From: Nageia nagi
Lineage: Eukaryota; Plantae; Pinophyta
Assembly (NCBI GenBank): GCA_050084985.1
Contig: JBITNC010000002.1
Location: 3,472,001 to 3,536,000 of the forward strand
Length of the DNA: 64,000 nt
Reading direction: 5' to 3'
In this document: positions 26,700-40,012 of the stretch, piece after piece
Numbering within the stretch: the stretch's first letter is position 1
Layout: each line of letters starts with the position of its first letter
Position numbers and translations under genes: made by a program
The notes under the pieces: model-generated
The model's database searches: none
What the model was told of the DNA's origin: nothing
Seen by the model: the letters and a program-made list of their open reading frames with translations, nothing else

Positions 26700-28918
26700 T
26701 TCATGGGATAACATCCCACCTTGACTATAATCTCTAACTATGAAATTATGGCTTAATGAGATATGATCTTGACTACCTAAAATGGAGTTTAACACTCTTT
26801 ATTTTCTAATTAGCTTGAATCAAATTGAATAGCATATCTTGATTGGCCTTTAGAATATTAATTTCTATTCTAGTGCCTAAAATTCCCCCAACATTGATCA
26901 ACATAGCAGTTGGTTGATTGGCCTCCAGGATTAGGCCTCTAAGTATCGATAAAAAACAAAGTCACAGAAATTTGAACTTAACCCATAAATCAGGCTCTAT
27001 ACTCAACAAAAATCCTCACAAAATTTCTACAACTCTTTACTCCTAAAATTAGGATAATTATTTGAGCAAAGTGGATGGTATCCTAAATCTTATTATGATA
27101 TTCTCAACAATAAATTCAATAATTTTAGGATACTTAGAATATTTCAATGGAATAAATTCTACCCATTTTATGAAATCTTTCATGGTTTTTATTATAATCT
27201 TATGCCCTTACCTTGAAATTAGATTTAAATTACCAATAAAATCAAGTACCCATATAGAAAAAGGACAAGGAGAAATAATAAAATGTAATTCATTTGAAGG
27301 AGATGGTTATAAATTAGCATTATTTTGATATTGCTCGTACTTAATAACATATTCATAATAATCATTTTACATAGAAGGATAATAATATCCTAACCTTAAT
27401 AATTTTAAATAAATTATTTTAGCATTCAAATATCCTCTACACGTACCTTCATGAGCTTTCTCAATGGCTACATCAATTTCACTTTGTTGAAGGTATCTTA
27501 ACAAGGTACTATTACATGACCTTGTATACAACAAATCTCAAAGAATAACATATCTATAAGCCATCTTATTTAATATTATTCTAGTTTTTGTATCATAACC
27601 ACTTGTAATTATCACTTCCTTAAGGTAATAAAAAACTTCCTCATACCATGGACAAATAGGAAACTTAATAGCTAGAAAATGATGATCTTCAAGAAAATAC
27701 TTAACAAGAAAATCATGATAGAGATTACTCAAGGTTTTTACTATGAGTATTAATTATCTATTCATATTCAATCTTGATTTGAGCTATCCACATTAGCCAT
27801 AGCATTTTCATATTTGTTATTTTCTCTAGGGATATTTTCTATATCATAATCCTCAAAATGTAATAATAAAATAGCCATCATATAATTATAAGGTACTAAC
27901 TTCTCATCCTTGTGTTATAAATGTCACTTTCTTACTTAATAATCAATTAAGAGTCTCTATATATATTCATTTTTTGTACTTTAGTAAGAATAACAACCTT
28001 GAATCCCAAGATGAGAGCTTCATAATCAATCATATTATTAGTGCATTCAAAACTCAACTTATATGATGTAGGAATGATATCTCCATGAGGATTTATAAGA
28101 ATAATATTTTCACTTGTTCCATTCATGCACCTCAAACCATCAAAGTACAATGTCCACTCATCATCTTCTGAGAATTCTATAAAAAATTTAGGGCACTCTT
28201 CTTTTGGATCTATATGATGGCATGTTGTTGGTGCATCAACGTAGAGAATTAGTTATTCATTATTCATGCATTCATTTTGAAATGTTTCTTGTATCATGGG
28301 TGAATCATCCCTAGGATTTTGGGCTATAAAATATATAATTAGTTATCCTTTAATGGCCTTTAGTGCCACAAAAATAAGATTAAAATCCTTAAGCAACATC
28401 ACCCATTTGGAAGGCTTTTGTTAAAGGTAAGGCTTAGAAATAAAATATCTAAGAGGATATGCCTGAGCTATCACAAATTAAGTGTTTCCCAACATGTATT
28501 TTCATAACATTTTTGTTGTAAAAACTATTGCAAAGCATATTTTTTCAATGAATGTATACCTTATCTCCTAATCAAGAAATATTTTATTGATACAATACAC
28601 TTCTCTTTTCTTATCCTTATCATCTTTCTAAGCCAAAATTACCCCTAATGCTACTAAATTCGCTGAAATATAAAATAATAAAGGTTTATTATGATCAAGA
28701 GAAGTTAAAATATGAGCATTAAGAAGATACATTTTTAATTCTTAAAAATATTTTTATCATTTCTAATCCCACATAAAATTTTCATATTTTTTTAATAAAT
28801 GGGAAAAGGTGGATATCTTATCAACCAATTGAGCAATAAACCTTCTTACTGATTCAATATTTCATTTAGGACTACTTAAATCCTTTAATTTCATTGATGG
28901 AGGAATTTCTTCTATGGA
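26700..28918 (-). mobile_element. Second degenerate Gypsy Tat-type pol (RT/RH - aRH - integrase)
   Basis: ORF 27947..28150 MYFDG...SYKLSFECTNNMIDYEALILG; ORF 27538..27732 WYEEVFYYLK; integrase remnant at ~27000-27330. Confidence 0.8.
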
Positions 28919-30634
28919 TGATGAATCTGCAATATCCAGTTACACTTTCTTTATGCAACAGAATAATACCCCAACTTCTAAAGGGTGTAAGTTTTGATCT
29001 TGATATCATTTGGAGCCCATTTTTATTAAATTATGTAGAATTAAAAAATATACAAAATTGTAACATCTACTGAAGGAGAAAATTTTAAGGTATGAAATGA
29101 TTTTTGTACAGCCCAAATTTTGCTTTTACTTTTAGTTCTATCTCTAAGTTCTATTTTTAGAATATTTGCATGTATTGAGTAATGGATGTGTGGCTCCATT
29201 TTGGGCCTCATATAAGCTATATTTTAGGATTTTTTAAAAATTAGAAAGAAAAAAAAAATGCTTTATAAAAGCTTATTGTAATCCTTTTGATGAACTAGTG
29301 TAGATTCAGAAGAATAAAGAATTCTTGTTGTGAATTTTATTCTTCCATTGATTTACCTGTGTGTTGTGAATCAATTTTGGAGATATGTTTTGGTATCTTG
29401 TAGGAATATACATCATTTGGTACCAAAGCCAGTTGAACTTATTAGATAGAAGATTGGATTTGGATCAACATGGAAGGGAAGTAGTTGTAGTTGGAAGATA
29501 CTCTAAGGAGTATAAAGTTTGAATGCAAATGTCTCATGGAGGAGGAAAAACTTTTGTGCTTAAAGGCTGAGTACCTTGAGGCTAAGGAGATTCAAAGGAG
29601 TGCTTAGTTGACACCTTTTATTATAAGTATGAAAAAGATAAAATTCCCATGGAGAGAGAGGACTATGGAATTAATAAAGGAAAGCTTAGTCAACAAAGAA
29701 AAGGGTTTTAAGAACCCTTATAGTTATGTAGTTGCAAAGAAGCATATTGATGTAGCTGAGAGTTTTGAGTTGGTGATCATGAGTATGCCTACAGAGGAAG
29801 AAGGCATTGAATATATCCAAAAAATAAATAAGATCTCAGAGAATATCATGCAAGCTAAAATCAAATATAAAGATGTTAATTCAAATGAAGCTATAGAATT
29901 ATCTTTTGTAGTTATGGAGCCAGTAGAAGAAGCCATAGAGATGGATAAAGTTTTTAAAGAGATAATGGATATTGAATTAGGATATGAAAATATCATTTTA
30001 GTAGAGGTATTATAGTTATTTGATTTAGTAATGGAGGCCAAGTAAGAAGAATAAATAGAATTTCTTCTAAAACTAGCAGTGGAGCACATGGATAATAATT
30101 TTGATGCTCAAAAGTATGATAAGTTTATTAACCATCAAGCTTTTGATAAGGAATATGAGAGTGAAACATACTTTTGGGATGAATTTATTTCATGGGATTT
30201 GAAAAATAATTTTTCCAAAGGATGGAAAAGATGGAAAAAGATAGAAGATTAGCAAAGGAGGAGGATCATAAGTGGATTTCAAAATCCAAGATGCAGAGAG
30301 AAGAGTGCAAAGACAAGATAGAAAAGAAAAAAAATTAAAATGAAGCAGTTTTTTAGGTATTTTCAATTTCTCATATCAGCAAAACTCAAAGGTTGAGTTC
30401 TTTTCAACCAAAAGAGAATGATGAACCTACAATATCCAATTACACTTTCTTATTGCAGCAAAATAATACCCCAACTTCTAAAGGGTGTAACTTTTGATCC
30501 TAATATCATTTAGAGCCCATTTTTTTAAATTGCATAGAATAAAAAAATATACAAGATTGTAACATCTCATAAAGGATAAAATTTTGAGGGCTAAAATGAT
30601 TATCGTACAGCCCAAATTTTGCTTTTACTTTTAG
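28919..30634 (+). mobile_element. Short non-autonomous LTR element with CRM-like termini; 3' LTR truncated
   Basis: 5' LTR 28919-29415 with TGATG...CATCA ends, PBS TGGTACCAAAGCC (29418-29430), ~1 kb internal Glu/Lys-rich decayed ORF, PPT AAAAGAGAA. The second LTR starts at 30419 and matches the first for about 215 bp. Confidence 0.8.
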
Positions 30635-30739
30635 AAGATCCGACCAAAGGAGATTGTAGGAATCTTATCAATGATGGGAAAAACATCCATATTGAGTAAG
30701 AAAGACCAAAAAGTTTAAATATTTCTAGGGGGGTATGGT

Positions 30740-33700
30740 GAGTTAATTTTGGAACTAAAAGGACTACCACCAAAGAGATACATCCAACATGAGATCTAAT
30801 TAATATATGATGCAGCTCTTCAAAAAATTAGGTTGTCTAGATAGTCCATGATTAAAAAGGAGGAGGTTAAGATGTAGATTTATGAACTATTAGAATAAGA
30901 ATTTATTAGGGAAAGCATTTCAACTTATGGTTCATCAATTATCCTTGTGCCAAAGAAGGATGGATCATGGATAATGTTTATAGACTATAGAGAATTGAAT
31001 AAGATCACCATAAAAAATAGATATCCATTACCAATTATTGATTATCCCTTTGAGCATCTAATATATGGGAAGTACTTCACCAAACTAGACTTAAGGAATG
31101 GTTATCACCAAGTAAGGATCAAGTAGGGTGGGTTCAATTATCCTAGTTTGGCTATTATCAATATTAGTATCTTGAGGGTTTACCAACCACTAATTGAAAA
31201 ACACATGTAATAACTTTAAGCTCTAATACCAAATGAATAAAATATATTCACCAACCACTAGCTTATGAACTCCCTTAAATGTTACAAAACTTTAATACCA
31301 ACCTTCAATTCACCAAACTAAAGGATTTGAAGATTTAGAGGCTCCAAAGATGTAAATGCAATGATCTAAGAATTTAACAAAATACCTATACTTTTAGGTA
31401 ATTTTAGATAAATAAAATTTTTCAAAAACATTAATTTAATCTTACAATTGGATCAAGGATAAAAAAACATTTCCAACGATTAGTCACACACCTTAAATAG
31501 ACTTACAAATCTCCTAGAGCATTAATTTGAAGTTCTAGGAGTGCAGGAAAGTCAAAAAGTCAATACTATCACACCTTTATTGGATCTAGTGGCTAAAACT
31601 TTGCCAAATTGCATGAAAGTTCAAAATTCTAGGAAAGTTAAAATTTTTGGGAAAATTGAAAATTTAAGATAAATTGATTGGTTTATAGGGCCGAATTTAA
31701 AGGGTTGTAACTTGGTCAAATCAAAAAAAGTTAACCTAGTACTATGATACATAAAATTAATCAGCACAAAATTTGTTATCCAATGGCAAAGATCTAAGAT
31801 AAATTCAATGAGGAAGATAGGGTTAAAGGTGAGCTTGAAGTAAAAGACTTTCAAAACTCTCTTAGCAAGAGTACAAAATAATAGGTCCAAAAGTTATGGT
31901 TTCTAAGTGTTTTCCCTTAATAAAGTATGGTATGTTATATATGGATTGAAAGGTATTGAAACCAAGAATCCAAAACAAAAGGAATCATATAAAAATGAGT
32001 TCTATAATAAAAGATATAGTCTCTAGAATCAAACTTATCGTGTAGAAATGTAGTTTGGGATAACCATGAATAACTTCAAATCTATTGATCAAAATGGTAA
32101 ACAAAAAAGTATCCACATAGTTAAAATGACCTAAAATAGCTAAATATAACCATGAAATAGACTCATTTCACTTATTATAAATATACGAAAGTATTTTTTC
32201 ATGAATACAAGCTTGGAAATGGAAAACACACCACACAACCATAAAGAATAAAAATTTCCATGAATATACACCATGAGATGGATCAAATATTTTTTATATT
32301 ACTTCAAATACATGTTATAAACTTCATATAATGGAATATTACATGCTTGAAACCTTCATATACAAAATGTGATGGTTCCTTGTAATAAAGACACCCATCA
32401 CTCCCATGTACAACACGTAGTGCAATGATCTTCATAGGACTGAGTGGTGCCACCATCACTCATAGATCTTCTTATGGAAAAGGAAAATAACATTTGGTGC
32501 ATCTAAAATAAGTGTTAGAAACTCTAAAAGATAATAAGATGTTGTTAAAGATAAGCAAATATGAGTTTGGCAAGTAAATTTTTATGTACCTTGAATACAT
32601 TATTGGTTATAGAAAATTAAATATTGATCCTGAGAAGATGAAGGTCATTGTTGATTGGTCAAGATCCATTACTATCATAGAGACAAGGTGCTTCTTGGGG
32701 ACAACTCAATATCTCAAAAAATTCATTAAGAATTTTTCTAGAATATCCTCTCAATTACATGATATAACTAGTAAGAGGAATAGTTTTCAATGGGAAAGAA
32801 AATGATAAAGTTTATTTGATACCTTGAAGGATAAAATAGTCAATGCACCTATCTTAGCATTACCTAATTTGCAATATCCTTTTTAGATAGAATAAGATGC
32901 TAGTGAATATGCAATTGGAGCAGTGTTGATGCAAGGAAGGAAACTTGTATGTCATCATTTAGAAAATATTTGTGGATGAGTGTTAAACTATCTTATCTAT
33001 AACAAAGATTTATTTTCTCTAGTGCATGTTATGAAGAAATAGAAGCATTACTTGGCTAGTAAAGATACCATCATACATAATAATCAATAACCATTGCAGT
33101 ACCTACATACTCAATCCAAGTTGCAGCAAGAAAGACATTTAAGATGGATGAGTTTCTTGCAATGATACCACCTCATTATTAAGTATAAAAATGGAAGTAC
33201 AAATAAAATTAATGACATGTTATCTAGGCTACCAATATAAACTACTATTTCAGGTATGAGTTCTATTCTTAAACTTTATCCTTTTTGTAAGAATCATACA
33301 AAGAATAGTACCTTAATAATCTTAATTTCAAGGATATTTATTTGAATTTGATTCAAAATAGTAGATGTAATGATGAGATTGATTATTTTTTGAAAGAGGG
33401 ATTATTGTATAAAGAAAAAAATTTGTGTAATACAAGGAGAAAAAGTGCAACTTATGAGGGAAGCACATATATATCATATTTTTGGATATTTTGGAGTGGT
33501 TAAGACTATTAAAAACTTGCAAAGGTATGTGTATTGATCCAATATGTAAGAACAAGTTGCAAAATACATTAGGGGGTATGATTTATATATCACAACGAAG
33601 CCTAGTAATAAAAAGTTGGGATTATATCATCCATTTTCAGTTCCTAACAAGCCTTAAGAGAGCATATCCATGGATTTTGTGGGTTGTTTACCAATGATAA

Positions 33701-34800
33701 AAAGGGTATATGATTACTTATTTATTATGGATGATAGATTTAGCAAGATATATATTTTAATTCTATGCAAAAAGAATGTAACTAGATAAATTATAGCAAA
33801 CTTATTTTTTTCTCATGTGTGGGTTCACTTTGGACTACCTAGTTCTATTATTTCAAATAGAGATATTAGATTATTTGGTAAGTTTTGGAAAACCTTGTGG
33901 GAAAAAATAGACACCAAGTTGAAGAGGAGCATTTCCTTTCACCCTCAAATAGTTAGCCAAATTGAGGTAGTGAATAGGATTGTTATACAATTACTTAGGG
34001 GAACTGTGACAAACATCCAAAATCATAAGATGAATATATTGTTTATATTTAACATTATTATAACATAGAAATCCACACTTCCATAAGAAAAATACCTTTT
34101 GAAACATATTATGGCTACCTTCCATCCTCACCATCTGAATTTGTTTTTATATCAAGATGATTCTTATGTAACCTTGGAGAAGGAGGAGCAACAAGCTGAG
34201 AAATTCATTGAAAAATCATACTTGTTTATCTCAAGATGTAGGAATGACTTAAAATATGTCAAGATAAATACAAATTAAGGCATGATAAGCATAGGACTGA
34301 TCATAAGTTCCAAGTTAGTGATCAAGTTTGGCTATACCTTAGTAAAGAAAGGTTAGAGGAACCTTTAAACAAGTTTAAAATAATCAAGTATAGGCCATTT
34401 AAGATCATTGAACAAGTGGGTGACAATGCCTTTAGACTTTATTTTCCTACTTGCATGGATATTTATTCAATTATTAATGTTGAACACCTTAAATTGTTTG
34501 AGCCTTCCATGATAGCTGAATATGAAGTTAAGTTAAACACCATTTTATCATCCATTAAAGATCTTTCCCTTAGCACAATGGATGAACTGAAGGAGGAATC
34601 AATTTTGCAAAAGAAGATCTAACATGCAAGGAGAGGACAATAAGAAATTTGGCTTGTTAGGTTGAAAGGTAAATTGCTTAGAATAACAAAATGGTATGAT
34701 AATAGTAAGGTTGAGGACTTATTTCCTCACCTTGTCCATAACTAAACATTTTGAGGATAAAATGCACTTCCCATTAGGGAGGTGTGATCTGGAGATCTTT
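30740..34800 (+). mobile_element. Degenerate chromovirus-type Gypsy pol (RT-RH-IN-chromo-like); 3' LTR starts at 34783
   Basis: RT RYPLPII..FTKLDLRNGYHQVRI, RH DASEYAIGAVLMQ, IN WVHFGLPSSIIS..FHPQ, C-terminal WLVRLKG...WY...FPHL, PPT TAGGGAGG. RT is interrupted at ~31125-32460. Confidence 0.85.
31125..32460 (-). mobile_element. LTR-derived fragment interrupting the Gypsy RT
   Basis: Non-coding block between two RT segments, with a minus-strand PBS-like GCTCTAATACCA at ~31220. Boundaries approximate. Confidence 0.45.
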
Positions 34801-37800
34801 CCTTAAGTGTTAATTTGACTAGAGATTTTCACTTATGAGCTTGATCCATTATTTAAACTAAAATATGGTATTACAAAGATTTTTATTTTGTTAAAAAACT
34901 CCATATTTGATGAAATTCTCTAAGTATAACATCCTTAGAATGAAGATTTGTAATACTCTCACTTTTGGATGATGTTTGGACATTTTCCTTTGGGTATTAT
35001 GAAATTTATATGTCATGGAACCTATCAAAAATGGATCAATCATATTTAGGAAGTTATAACATTTTATAGAGATATCCATTTAAGTTGATTTTTTTTAGTG
35101 GATAGTGCTCAAATATACCTTTATAATGAGTATATTCATGCCTACCTTTGTCAAATATTTGATCACCATCCAAGGTATTTTCAATAGAGCTATTAAAATT
35201 ACCAATGCCAATGTTGATAGTAGCATCCACATTAATTTCAATGCCTCCATTATTATTTCTAAGAAGTTACGATATGGGATTTTCAATTTGACATATTTGG
35301 CATGTTAGTATGATGAGTTTTTATATGGAGACAAAAATATTACATAGGAAGATAAGTGCAGATGCTGATGAAGAATCAATCATTTAGCTGATGGATCATC
35401 TAATACCTAACCTGGCACTTGACCTTTCACTTATTTATACACCCAAAATGCTACCATCCACACTAAAGTAAATATTTGCATTATAAAAATAGAATATGTA
35501 TGGGTAGAAAGTGAAGATTTATTTATCATTTTGAGTCATTTTGAATCTATTGGGAAGTTGGCATGTCATGTGATTACTCCAAGGAATTTTATTTCTAACT
35601 ACATATCCTTGTGGAGACTTCATTTGAAGGAGATAAGTTGCAGAGCAAAGAAGAAGTAAGATGGAGAATGAATTAAAACCAATTATAGACTTGTTCATCA
35701 CTATTGTAGTTTATTTGCATAATTAAATATTGAATTTTGTGTTGAGGATACATTGAATGATAGTTAATCCTATTGTAAATCTATTACATAATAGAATAAT
35801 GGGCTTTATGGTGGCTACTATAGGGGACGTAATCTCTCACTTAGAGTAACCTCTTTGACAAACCTATGTCAATTTTATGGATGCTTGAATGTGTTTTCAT
35901 TCTTATTTATTATTAGCATAAACTTCTAGTTTCCATTTTCCAATTTTATTATTTTAAATTTGTATGTGATATTTTCTTTAAAGCTATGAGTTTAAGGAAA
36001 TTATAAATCATCATTGGGATCCATTTCTGAAAAGCTCAAATTACAATATTAATCATATGCAAAAACCTTATGATTTTTGACACAACTAGTGGAAAATAAA
36101 TTATGGTATAAAAATATGGGTTCGCCAATTCATTGATACTAAAAATTGATTAAAGAATTAATTTAATATCAATTATAATAAATAACAACATTAATTAAAG
36201 TATTAAAAAATAAATTATTTACAATATGATTATAAACCTAGCTTGTTTAAGCTCTTGAATTATCAAATTTGAATTCAAGTTATTATAAACCTATCATTTA
36301 CCTATTTCCTATTGATCACAACTCATATTTGGTCTCCATAAGATCTAGATAACTCATTTCAATGAATATAAACCTCCATCCTTGCGAGGTATGGTGCATC
36401 AACATATTACATTTCATCATTGTATGATGGTGAATCGATATACTATTATCCTCCTTTAGATCCTTCATATTACCATTCATCATCAAGCTTACCTTCCAAG
36501 ATTATCAAACCTAATCTATGAAATAAGAAATATGGAATGCAATATCTCAAAAGGGCATAAATTTAGACTTGATAAGTGGCATCGAAAGACACCTAGTAAT
36601 GCTTTTTAGAAGTATGTTAATTCATCTATCAAAGTTTACATATGATTAACATTATATGTTCCTTATCTTTTAAAATATGAGAGATTCTAACATGATCCAA
36701 GACATCAACTTAGCTTAACACTCCTTGGACCTATCATATTCAAAAGGAAATAAAAGAGTGAAATTCTACTTTATTTCATAAATATAATAAAATAAAATAT
36801 TAAATCACTTAAATAATTTGATACCTAAAATATGATTTTCAATTAAATAAAAATCAAATTAAGCTATCAGCACTAAGTGTTATATTATACTTTAAAATCA
36901 ATACTATTTCATGTTGTATTTATTGAAAATCATATAAATTTATATATAGTTGATTTCATCTTTGAGAAAATAATGATATACCTTATGAGATGCTATGTAT
37001 GTGTGTAGTTGTTTCTTTCATGCCTATTATAGGAATTCCTTGATTATTTTAGAAAGTAAGGTGCTTTCTTATCAATCCTCCTTGGTATAGGATGCATGTT
37101 CTTAATCTTGGTACTTCCCTTTCGAGGACACCTTCATTCTAAAAACTAAATCAAAGAAAGGGAAGGATATTTTCTATCATAGAAATATGGAACTCCATGT
37201 TATCTCTATGTTGATCATTTATAGGTGTATTCTTTTCATTTTATATATTTTTCTTTATACTATATGGTTGGTTCTGCCACCACATACCCAAAGGGAAGCA
37301 TCTGTATATACCTAAATTTGATTTTTAATTTATGAAAAAATAATATTTTAGGTATCTAAAAATAAGTAATTTATTTATTTACTTTATTTATATATTTGAT
37401 GAATTATTCTATTGATTGGTTCAATATATTTTGTTATCTCACTCCTTTCATTCTTTTATGGTGCAATGTCCAAAGAGCACCAAGCAATGTGTCTTAGCTA
37501 AAGGAGGAATTCATTTATAAAAGGATAAATGTTTGGTTGAGAAAATCATCTAAACCTTGAAAGAGTATACTACATATGTTTTGTAATCTTCATTATCAAA
37601 TATTATTAGTGGTGCTTACCACCACCTATAAAGTTTGTATTTGTACCCTATTGTTATAACTATAATTATACTTTTGTATCTATAGTTATATTTGATCTTA
37701 TTACAAGATAATATAATGAATGATTTTGATATTAGAATTCATTGATAAGAAAGCATTATGCGATATTATATGTTATGGATTAACACATCATATTTTAAGA

Positions 37801-38250
37801 AGAATGATGATCTAAATTTTGAGAAACATTCATCACAAACCTCCTAAGGTTATATCTAACTTTGTTTCCTCATAATAAGTAAGGATAAAAAGTTTGTATT
37901 ACATTTTGAATTCAGAGTAGATATAGCTTAGGTCACATTATTATTCATGATTTAAGATCTAATTATGATAAGGTATTATCTAACTAGGAGAGTAATTGCC
38001 CCCCTCACAACTTGATAGGTCTAACGACTTCTGACTCCATGTTTTTTCTCGTTAGCCACTTTTTTTTTCTTGATGGGCATATTTGTGAAGATTTTCTACA
38101 TAAAGAGATTCATGAAGTTTTTTTTGGGCACTCATATTCTTGATGCAAATATTCATAAACATATTTGTGATATGAATATTAAAATAAAAGGATGAAAAAA
38201 ATCTAAGTCCCAAAATACATCCATGAAGAGTTTTTCAAAACTATGTTTTG

Positions 38251-38306
38251 AAGATTCAAACCTAGGTCATTAGGTTTGAACTCCATGTCCTAACCACTAC
38301 ACCATC
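38251..38306 (-). mobile_element. tRNA-like (possible SINE head) remnant
   Basis: Minus strand GATGGTGTAGTGGTTAGGAC...CTAGGTTTGAATC: A-box-like and decayed B-box-like motifs at tRNA spacing. No full cloverleaf. Confidence 0.35.
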
Positions 38307-39647
38307 ATTTCATTCACCAACATACCTTCAAAAATTTTAATCTAACTTTTACTTGACATATTCACAAAGCTAATATGACATATTAACTTCATGAATATGC
38401 TTGAAATATCAAAAAAATAAATTTATTGATAAATTATTTTTGGACTATCAAAAGCTATCAAACCTATCAGGTTGTATGAGGAATGATTAATTAGCTATAT
38501 AGAAAGATATATTGTGAAAAATATTCTTATATCTTTTATTATTTAATTATTCTAAAATAGGTATTATTAATTATGTAAAATCAATTTTAGTACCTATAAC
38601 TATTATGGAACTTCTATTTCTAGAGTTTAAGATCAATATATTTCATATCAAGGATGAATTTCATCATTTCAATAAGTACTCTATTATATTTTTCAATCAT
38701 ACCATTTTTCTTAAGGGTATTAAGGGGCATGATATTGATTAATTATAACATATTCTTGATATAAAGTTTTAAATTCATAACTTATGTACTTATAACCTTT
38801 ATCCATTGTAATATTTTGATAGATTTTACATTTTATTTTTTTCCTTAATACTTTGAAAGTTTTGAATTTAAAAAAAAAATTACCATTTTTAAACATGAAA
38901 ATGAATCATCAATAAACATGAAAATGAGTCCATAAATAAAAGGAATTACCAAAGTCCACATAAAATAAGAATATATTAATTTGAATAATTGAGAAGCTTA
39001 ATGAGATTTATCATGTTGAAATGGTTTTCATGGTGTTTAGTAAGAAGACATCGTTCATGAACAACACTTGAAGTTGTGAAAGATGATGGTAAACCTTCAA
39101 ACTTAGACATAAAATGTAATAATACAAAATTGAGGTGTCCCATATGATAATGTGATACTTTTGTTTTTAGTTTCTACCATGATATTCTAAAACTTTTTAA
39201 ATAATACTCATTTTTGAAATGTTGAAGTGATATTTAATTAATCTAATCATATTAACCTTGGAAGTTATTATTGATATATTTAACTAATAATTTATATTTT
39301 ATAAATTTATCTTTCTTTCTATTAAATAGTAACATGAGGTTTATGTTAGAATATTATATATTTTAAACTATCCTCCATTATATTTGATATTTTTTATTCC
39401 TTTATATATAATTTAGTATTATTGTTAATCTTTATAACCTTGTTACTAGATGCTCTTATATTAAGAACAAGTAACTTTCACTTGTTACGTAATGTAAAGC
39501 CCCATAATTAGCATAATAATTTAATTATATGGTAAAAGGAGTAGAATTCACAAGTAAATATCTTCCTTCACTCTTATCATGGTGAAAATATATAGAATAT
39601 AATTCCATTATCTTAATAAAAGAAGAGCATATCATTCATGTAGAATG

Positions 39648-39751
39648 ACAAACATGGAGAATTACAAAATCAGTAGATGCACTCCACACAAACATGGAGA
39701 ATTACAAAATCAGTAGATGCACTCCACACAAACATGGAGAATAACAAAATC
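39648..39751. repeat. 40-bp tandem repeat, about 2.6 copies, downstream of PL-B
   Basis: ACAAACATGGAGAATTACAAAATCAGTAGATGCACTCCAC twice exactly, plus a 24-bp third copy with one mismatch. Confidence 0.95.
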
Positions 39752-40012
39752 CAATACAAAATATTAAGGATGTCGCTATCCTCCCTCTAAATTCGTCCAT
39801 AAACTTTCAACCATTATGCTTTAATTTGATTATCGTTCAGATCAACGAAAATCAGATATGCTGGATGAATCAGGATTAAACTCAGTCAGATTGAAACATC
39901 CAGTATCAATTCAAACCTGTTCCATCAATTTTCAATGAAATCTGTGCAACCTAAAGTACTAAACATCCAAAGTTTATGTTGAATTTGATAGGAGAATAAC
40001 TTTCCGCAAATA

